From: Promethearchaeota archaeon
GTDB lineage: Archaea > Asgardarchaeota > Lokiarchaeia > Sigyniarchaeales > SOKP01
DNA length: 34,320 nt
Assembly (NCBI GenBank): GCA_048939015.1
Contig: JBHLPW010000052.1
Span: 1 to 34,320, forward strand
Direction: 5' to 3'
Shown here: piece after piece, positions 28,090-34,320 of the stretch
Position numbering within the stretch: position 1 is the first letter of the stretch
How the letters are laid out: each line of letters starts with the position of its first letter
Translations under genes and position numbers: made by a program
The notes under the pieces: generated by a model
Told to the model about the DNA's origin: nothing
What the model saw: the letters and a program-made list of their open reading frames with translations, nothing else
Databases searched by the model: none

Positions 28090-30488
28090 GCGATCTATAT
28101 ATGGGTTTTACACTTCCTACTGAAGAGATAGATGTTCTTAAAGATTTAGAACAAAAAATGGGATCAGGTTGGAGTACTGATAATTTTCGAGTCGAAAATA
28201 ATCACGTTACTAGGATTCAAGTAACTAGAGGAACATTGACAGGGCTACCTGAAAATATTGGTAATTGTAAATATCTCAATGCGCTTCTTTTCTACGGTAA
28301 TAAAATTGAGTCTCTCCCAAATTCTGTTGGAAAATTAACAAATTTAGAGTGGCTTTCGGCGCAACAAAATAGACTTTACGAACTCCCTTCTACTTTAGCT
28401 AACTGTACCGCTTTGAAAGAACTTAATTTGGGAGTTAATGAATTAAGAGAATTACCAAGCTGGATTTCCAATCTTAAAAATCTAGAGAAACTGGATCTTC
28501 GCTCTAATAAATTAAGAGAAATACCCGTAGAAATCGAAGCTTGTATAGCATTAACTGACCTTGATTTAAGTGATAATAGACTTACTCAAATTCCAGAAGG
28601 TATCTATAATCTTATTGCTCTCCAAAAATTATCACTCAGACATAATAACGTTGAAAAGATACCACCTGCTATTGGTCAACTTAAATCTCTTACTTCGCTT
28701 GATCTAGGAGTAACTCGAATCTCTCAATTACCAGACTCAATAGGAGAATTAATTTCACTTGAGAGCTTAGAGATTAGTTCAATGGGATTGCAAATTTTAC
28801 CTGACTCAATAGGTAATTTATCAAATCTGCAGACTCTTCTTGTAAAGGAAAATAAACTTGGAACCTTACCAGAAAGCATTGGCAATTTAACATCATTGAA
28901 AGTCTTTCGTTTTGAGAGAAATCAAATCAAACAAATTCCAGAATCGATTGGTAATTTAAGAAATTTGAGTACGATAGATATGGGAAATAATCAAATAGAA
29001 ACTTTGCCTGAATCAATTAGTAATTTAGACAATGTATTTGGATTAGATTTAAGTGGAAATAATATAACAACTTTACCCCAGTCATTTGCACACATGAAAG
29101 GATTAGAGCGTCTCAGTATTCAAGATTGTAAGATCACTAATTTGCCAGAAAACTTTGGTGATCTTGAGAAATTATCTTATCTAGATATTAGAAACACACC
29201 CTTATCAGTCCTTCCTGAATCAATTGGATCATTGAGAAATATGTGGTATTTAGTTGTTTCAAATGGAAAACTAAAAACATTACCTGCAAGTATTGGCGAG
29301 TTAGAGAAATTAAAGGAATTACATTTAGAAGGTAATGAAATTGAAAGGTTACCAACCGAGATAGGTGATTTGAAAAGTTTGGAGAAGTTGATTTTAAGTA
29401 AGAATCAATTAATTAATCTTCCTCCTACTATTTGTAATTTAGACTCTTTAAAGGAACTAAGAGTTGATGAAAATGTATTAGTTTCATTACCTGATTGCCT
29501 TGATAATATGAGATCTCTTGAGAATTTTTATGCGTATAGAAATAGATTAACCTCCCTACCAGAATCTATCGGGCGATGCGAAAGATTAGAATCGTTAAAT
29601 TTAAATGAAAATGATCTGGGTAGTTTACCGAAAAGTTTGGGAAATTCCAAGATTAAATATCTATATTTAAATAAGAATAAATTTGAGAAATTGCCTTATA
29701 TTCTCTGGCCACTTGAAACTCTTGAAACATTTGAGTTTGAAGAAAATCCATTATCAGATGAAGAAAAACAAATAGTCAAGCGTGATCTTGATACACTTCG
29801 TGACTATCTCAAGCAAAGAGCTAGTATGGCAATTTTTATTTCTCATGCTGTAGTTGATTATGAACCTTATCAATTGGCAGCTTTAGGTGAATACTTAGAA
29901 GCTAAACCTGAAGTTTATGATGTGCTTCTCTGCGAGCAAGATCTATCCGGAAATATTGATGAATTTATGGATAACAATGTTCCTATAAGTGATGTCATAT
30001 TCTTCTTAGGTACTAATAAATCTGTATTCAATTCAGTTGATTGTGCTCATGAATTAGAACTTTCTCGTAAGCATGATGTACCTGTCTTATCTATGAAAGG
30101 AACAGATGTTTCTTGGTCAGATATAGTATCTATAGGTCTTAAACAAGATCCTGGGATTGACTACAATCCGCAAGAATTTGAACTGGTTTGTGAGCGGATT
30201 TATAAATATGTTAAACAATTCCATAAGGATCATCCCTTATATAAAATTAAAAAAGTTGAGGAAGAAGAGGAACCCGTTACTATTCCTACAACTATAGATT
30301 GGGACACATTTATAGGGATGCTAGAAGAAATAGTAGAATCTGATAGATTAAGACAATTTCATGAAAGTAAAAAAAATGAACTTGGTGCTCTTATATCACA
30401 ATTAAAAAGTGGTTCCATGAATGATGCAAATTTCATGATGCAATTTTCTCAAATATATTCGCAATGGTTAATGATGCAACAAATTTGA
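28086..30488 (+). CDS. LRR-TIR protein
   Basis: About 22 LRRs of 23 aa, then a TIR domain: IFISHA...SDVIFFLGTNKSVFNSVDCAHELELSRKHDVPVL. ATGA overlap with the upstream gene. Confidence 0.9.
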   Translation: MSDLYMGFTLPTEEIDVLKDLEQKMGSGWSTDNFRVENNHVTRIQVTRGTLTGLPENIGNCKYLNALLFYGNKIESLPNSVGKLTNLEWLSAQQNRLYELPSTLANCTALKELNLGVNELRELPSWISNLKNLEKLDLRSNKLREIPVEIEACIALTDLDLSDNRLTQIPEGIYNLIALQKLSLRHNNVEKIPPAIGQLKSLTSLDLGVTRISQLPDSIGELISLESLEISSMGLQILPDSIGNLSNLQTLLVKENKLGTLPESIGNLTSLKVFRFERNQIKQIPESIGNLRNLSTIDMGNNQIETLPESISNLDNVFGLDLSGNNITTLPQSFAHMKGLERLSIQDCKITNLPENFGDLEKLSYLDIRNTPLSVLPESIGSLRNMWYLVVSNGKLKTLPASIGELEKLKELHLEGNEIERLPTEIGDLKSLEKLILSKNQLINLPPTICNLDSLKELRVDENVLVSLPDCLDNMRSLENFYAYRNRLTSLPESIGRCERLESLNLNENDLGSLPKSLGNSKIKYLYLNKNKFEKLPYILWPLETLETFEFEENPLSDEEKQIVKRDLDTLRDYLKQRASMAIFISHAVVDYEPYQLAALGEYLEAKPEVYDVLLCEQDLSGNIDEFMDNNVPISDVIFFLGTNKSVFNSVDCAHELELSRKHDVPVLSMKGTDVSWSDIVSIGLKQDPGIDYNPQEFELVCERIYKYVKQFHKDHPLYKIKKVEEEEEPVTIPTTIDWDTFIGMLEEIVESDRLRQFHESKKNELGALISQLKSGSMNDANFMMQFSQIYSQWLMMQQI

Positions 30489-30500
30489 AAACGATATAAA

Positions 30501-30523
30501 TTTCTTTTTTTTCCTTTTTTTTG
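30501..30523 (+). terminator. Oligo-T terminator of the LRR-TIR pair
   Basis: TTTCTTTTTTTTCCTTTTTTTTG 13 nt after the stop, and a small hairpin TGAGA-ggtt-TCTCA at 30531-30544. Confidence 0.5.
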
Positions 30524-30627
30524 TATATTCTGAGAGGTTTCTCACAGTTATTAAAGAAATACTTATCAAAATGTTATTATTTCTACTTTAATTCTTCAAT
30601 TTTAAACATAAAATAAAATGAATAAAA

Positions 30628-31176
30628 ATGCCAATTATAATGCCATGTCCAAGAACTGGAAAAAAACCACAAATACATGAGTCTGCGTATATTGCACCAA
30701 GTGCTGTTATCATTGGGGACGTAACAATAGGAGAATTGAGCAATATATGGTTTGGGGCGGTTTTAAGAGGAGATTCAGGACCAATAAAGATAGGAAAAAA
30801 TACAAGCATACAGGAAAATGTTACTATTCATATGGAAATGGGAACCTCAGTTACTATTGGCTCAGATTGCATAATTGGACATCATGCGATGATTCATGGA
30901 CCAATAGAAATAGGTAATGGATGTTTGATTGGTATTGGTAGCAATGTACTTCATAACACCAAAATGAATGATGGTTCTATGATTGCTGCTGGTGCAGTCA
31001 CTACTAATAAAGAAATACCTAGAAGACAGTTATGGGCAGGCATACCAGCTAAATTTTTAAAAGAATTTCCGGAAGAAGAAGAATACATTGGTAAGAAAAC
31101 TTCGGGAGACTATGCGGACAGGGGAAAAAGGTATAAAACTTTTTTTGAAAAAAACCCTAAATATAGTCATTTATAA
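30628..31176 (+). CDS. Gamma-class carbonic anhydrase family protein (YrdA/PaaY-like)
   Basis: Hexapeptide repeats, VLRGD, IQENVTIH, and GHHAMIHG metal ligands. Confidence 0.92.
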   Translation: MPIIMPCPRTGKKPQIHESAYIAPSAVIIGDVTIGELSNIWFGAVLRGDSGPIKIGKNTSIQENVTIHMEMGTSVTIGSDCIIGHHAMIHGPIEIGNGCLIGIGSNVLHNTKMNDGSMIAAGAVTTNKEIPRRQLWAGIPAKFLKEFPEEEEYIGKKTSGDYADRGKRYKTFFEKNPKYSHL

Positions 31177-31200
31177 AAATTGCGTTAATAGTGTAATTTT

Positions 31201-31941
31201 TCATCTTGAACAGAAACATTCTTCACTTTTAACTACTTCTATAACATTGAATCTTAAATCTATAAGGTTAACCATTAATAATTTATTTTCTAAGTTTGGT
31301 AATCCTAACGCAGTTTTTATTACTTCTAAAGCTTCTAATGTTCCCAGAATTCCAGGAGTAACGCCAATTACTGGTAAAGGACCCTCATTTGGAGGTGTAT
31401 CTACTTGTGGGAAGATGCAATGATAGCAAGCAGATATTTTTGGATTGATAGTTATTATTTGACCATAAAAATCCTTAATTCCTGCAATTACACATCGTAA
31501 ATTATTCTCAATAGCTATTCTGTTAACCAAAAATTTAGTTTTAAAATTGTCACTACAATCTACAATGAAATCATATTTTTTTTCCTTAAGATATTGCTTG
31601 ATGGAGTTTTCATCTACATACGCTTTATAAGTAATAATTTTAACTTCTGAATTAAGTTTCATTAATACGTCTTTTGCTGCTTTTACTTTATCTTCTCCTA
31701 TTTGCGTTTCATTATAAAGAATTTGCCTTTGTAAATTTGAAATATCCAAAATATCGTTATCAATTATAGTTAATTCGTTTATTCCCACAGCCGTGAGATA
31801 TAAAGCAAATGGAGAACCTAATCCACCTGCACCAATTTGAAGAACTTTAATTTTTGATAGTATTTCTTGACCTTTTTCTCCAATTTCAGGAGAAATAATT
31901 TGTCTCGAATATCTTTTTCTTTGATTTTCTGTTAGAATAAT
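31201..31941 (-). CDS. MoeB/ThiF/HesA-family E1-like adenylyltransferase
   Basis: The frame is open well upstream of the track start: ILTENQRKRYSRQIISPEIGEKGQEILSKIKVLQIGAGGLGS. Also SNLQRQ, DCSDN, CYHC and C-terminal CFC. Start inferred at the ATT at 31941. Confidence 0.88.
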   Translation of the reverse strand: MILTENQRKRYSRQIISPEIGEKGQEILSKIKVLQIGAGGLGSPFALYLTAVGINELTIIDNDILDISNLQRQILYNETQIGEDKVKAAKDVLMKLNSEVKIITYKAYVDENSIKQYLKEKKYDFIVDCSDNFKTKFLVNRIAIENNLRCVIAGIKDFYGQIITINPKISACYHCIFPQVDTPPNEGPLPVIGVTPGILGTLEALEVIKTALGLPNLENKLLMVNLIDLRFNVIEVVKSEECFCSR

Positions 31942-31944
31942 AAC

Positions 31945-32319
31945 TCACTCTTCCCTAATTTTTTTGAAATTTTTTACAAATTCTTCAATTTCGATGAAGA
32001 CTAAACCTAAATCTACTTGCAAATCAAATAAAGATACTAAGATTGTGTTTTCATCTACTTCTACAACAATAAGTTGATAGTTTTCATATTCTATAGTTAA
32101 ATTTTTAACTTGCGAAGATCCTAAACTTGATGTAGTGGTTTCAATCGCTTCAAAGATAGTTGCTGCCAATGCCCCAAATCGTCTTTCGTCAATATCTCTT
32201 GGTAATCTTGATGAGATCAATAATCCATTTCGGTTTACTAATGCTAATCCAATAATATCACTAAAATTAATTAATCTTTCAAGTTCATTATTAAGACTAT
32301 CATTAGCTAAATCTTTCAT
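31945..32319 (-). CDS. Roadblock/LC7 domain protein
   Basis: IIGLALVNRNGLLISS, FGALAATIF, and DLGLVFIEI. Confidence 0.9.
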   Translation of the reverse strand: MKDLANDSLNNELERLINFSDIIGLALVNRNGLLISSRLPRDIDERRFGALAATIFEAIETTTSSLGSSQVKNLTIEYENYQLIVVEVDENTILVSLFDLQVDLGLVFIEIEEFVKNFKKIREE

Positions 32320-32443
32320 TAGTCTTCTAAAACGATTTAAAGTTTAATCATTTATTGATAGATGATATAAATAGATTTTAATATAAGAAACTTACACTTA
32401 CAAAATAAGCTAAAGTCCTTTGAATTTCATAAAAAAGATTTTA

Positions 32444-32665
32444 CTATGCCTTTACTTTTCTAGCTCCTCTATAAAAAGATTTTGTTCCGTTAAATGGAGC
32501 TGTTCTATTTCGCCAACCCGGTTGTCTTAATTTTGCAGTCTTTCCAAATCCACAATATGCACAAAATCTCTTTCTGCGATGATAAGAGTGTCTTCCACAT
32601 CGTCGGCAGGTTTTATGAGATGCTGCTTTATTCTTTTTCCCCTTGCTTGGTGTTCCTTTTCCCAT
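32444..32665 (-). CDS. rpl37e: 50S ribosomal protein L37e
   Basis: MGKGTPSKGK, H..CRRCGRHSYH, and CAYCGFG. Confidence 0.97.
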   Translation of the reverse strand: MGKGTPSKGKKNKAASHKTCRRCGRHSYHRRKRFCAYCGFGKTAKLRQPGWRNRTAPFNGTKSFYRGARKVKA

Positions 32666-32685
32666 TAATCACACTCTCCTTTGAT

Positions 32686-32994
32686 TCATACCTCATCCAC
32701 TTCTTCTCTATACATCAATTTAACCTCATCATCTTGAGCGAAAATTAATTTCTCACGATCCTGTCCTATAAAAATTATTGAAGCCCCCCGTATAAGAACA
32801 GTACCTAAATCTTTGCTACGCTTTCCACCACGACCAAAATATATTTCTTTGGCATCTTTGACAATTAAATTCATATAATTGTCGAATTTAGATAGTTTCC
32901 CAGTTAAATATGTATTCCAAATCTTTAGTTTAATCCTGACTTCATCTTTCAGAATCGCTTTTGATAAAGTTCTGTGAATTGTAGGTTGAGACAT
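32686..32994 (-). CDS. Sm-like (LSm/SmAP) RNA-binding protein
   Basis: Sm1 GKLSKFDNYMNL and Sm2 LGTVLIRG; classic archaeal position upstream of rpl37e. Confidence 0.92.
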   Translation of the reverse strand: MSQPTIHRTLSKAILKDEVRIKLKIWNTYLTGKLSKFDNYMNLIVKDAKEIYFGRGGKRSKDLGTVLIRGASIIFIGQDREKLIFAQDDEVKLMYREEVDEV

Positions 32995-33124
32995 TGAAAT
33001 TTAAACTTCAAAAAATTATTCTTTGATAATTATTGAATACAAGGGTTAAATAAATATTTTTTTAAATATTTAAGGATTTAGAACAATAATTTTAATATAA
33101 TAATTTAATTTCACAGGGATAAAT

Positions 33125-34162
33125 ATGGCAAAACTAGCCTATTTCGACGTTGATGTTGTTACGCCTGAGGAAATTTTTATGGCTGCAGGCTTCACTCCTT
33201 ATAGACTTTTAGGAAATCCATCAATTGAACATGATAGAGTAAATGAGCATGTACCCCCTACGCATTGTGTTTGGGCTAAAAATGTTCTTGAACAGTCATT
33301 AAGAGGTTTAGACCCAGATGTTAAAGGAGTCGTAACGAGTCATGGTTGCGATTGTACAAACCGAGAATTTGATATTTGGGTGGAATCTGTTGATTCTGAT
33401 TTCTTATTCTATTTAAATGTACCGCTAAAAAGAGATAAGATCGCCCAGAATTTTTTTATTAATGATCTTAAAGAATTGATATCTCAAATCGAAAATAAAT
33501 TTCAAACTAAAATTCAGTCTGAAAGAATAAAGGAAGCGATCAAAACAACCAATCATATTCGTAAATTATTAAAAGATATCTCCGAATTTAGAAGTAAAAT
33601 GATTTTAAAAGGTTCAGAATTTCATGAATTAGTTAAATTATCCCAAACGGATGATAAAAAGAAAGTTTTGGAGCTTTTAAAAGAAAAATTAATTGAATTA
33701 AAAAACAAAACTCGTTTTACTGAAAGGAAGATGAAACGAATATTACTAACAGGGTCAGTTATCGACGATACAGATTTTTTAAAATTTTTAGAAGATAAAG
33801 GGTTTCAAGTAGTAGCAGATGACATTTGTATTGGATCTAGATACTTTTGGGATACTATTAAGGAGGATAAAGATCCTCTGGAGGCGATTGCTGAATATCA
33901 TTTAAGTAAACCAACATATTCTACAAAAATGCCATCGTATAATAGGTTTGAATTCTTGAAATTTTTAACCGAAAAATATGAAATAGATGGAATTATTAAC
34001 ATTGCAATGAAATTCTGTGAACCTATGCTTTATGATCATCCATATATGAATAAAAAATTTAAGGAACTGGAAATTCCGTATCTTTTTATAGAAATGTTAT
34101 ATAATAGGGAACAATATAAACAACTATCAACAAGATTTGAAGCTTTTGCTGAAATGATTTGA
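33125..34162 (+). CDS. 2-hydroxyacyl-CoA dehydratase subunit (HgdB/FldC/BcrC family)
   Basis: PEEIFMAAG, CDC, DDICIGSR, KFCEP, and TRFEAFAEM. Confidence 0.92.
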   Translation: MAKLAYFDVDVVTPEEIFMAAGFTPYRLLGNPSIEHDRVNEHVPPTHCVWAKNVLEQSLRGLDPDVKGVVTSHGCDCTNREFDIWVESVDSDFLFYLNVPLKRDKIAQNFFINDLKELISQIENKFQTKIQSERIKEAIKTTNHIRKLLKDISEFRSKMILKGSEFHELVKLSQTDDKKKVLELLKEKLIELKNKTRFTERKMKRILLTGSVIDDTDFLKFLEDKGFQVVADDICIGSRYFWDTIKEDKDPLEAIAEYHLSKPTYSTKMPSYNRFEFLKFLTEKYEIDGIINIAMKFCEPMLYDHPYMNKKFKELEIPYLFIEMLYNREQYKQLSTRFEAFAEMI

Positions 34163-34173
34163 AGGTGATATGA

Positions 34174-34320
34174 ATGCCAGAAAAGAAGAGTAAAATGTTA
34201 AATGCTACACAAGGATTGAAAAACATTATGGGTAGGCATTATTTAGCAATTGAACAAGCCTATCGAGATGGAAAACCAACAGCATGGGCTACATCTGGAT
34301 GTCCTGTAGAACTTCTCTAT
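34174..34320 (+). CDS. Second 2-hydroxyacyl-CoA dehydratase subunit, N-terminal part only
   Basis: GGTGA SD, then MPEKKSKMLNATQGLKNIMGRHYLAIEQAYRDGKPTAWATSGCPVELLY, open to the window edge. Confidence 0.8.
   Translation, partial: MPEKKSKMLNATQGLKNIMGRHYLAIEQAYRDGKPTAWATSGCPVELLY

Noticed and set aside
28240-29700. 69-bp periodicity considered as a CRISPR array or DNA tandem repeat
   Set aside because: Explained by 23-aa LRR coding repeats with degenerate codons.
25705-30488. True Toll-like receptors, NLRs or Roco proteins
   Set aside because: No signal peptide or TM segment, and no P-loop, NACHT, NB-ARC or Roc-COR domain.
683-32748. Short antisense or overlapping ORFs in the track (e.g. 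683-898, 1079-1417, 3293-3583, 4663-4938, 10552-10848, 16040-16255, 16881-17099, 19301-19618, 24612-24890, 30588-30809, 31088-31423, 32494-32748)
   Set aside because: They are shadows of well-supported genes and have no motifs.

Overview
AT-rich archaeal chromosomal window, most likely from an Asgard archaeon (Lokiarchaeia/Promethearchaeota). The evidence is rpl37e next to an Sm gene, longin and roadblock domains, a ubiquitin-like protein, Loki-type LRR and 4Fe-4S proteins, a multi-PAS kinase and GGTGA-type ribosome-binding sites. It holds about 29 CDSs. Most interesting: (1) a translationally coupled pair of paralogous LRR-TIR proteins, one with an intact TIR catalytic Glu and one with a degenerate TIR and an inserted repeat domain. 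The pair is transcribed divergently from a WD40-2TM protein and a nicotinamidase-fold protein with a rewired active site, with nadA next door, which makes it a candidate NAD-linked immune or signalling locus. (2) A ubiquitin-like gene ending in GG, missed by the ORF track because it appears to start at ATT. (3) A SIRT6/7-like (class IV) sirtuin. (4) An unidentified GC-rich, probably structured RNA at the left edge. No CRISPR array, tRNA or transposase was seen. All family calls come from motif recognition only; no searches were run.
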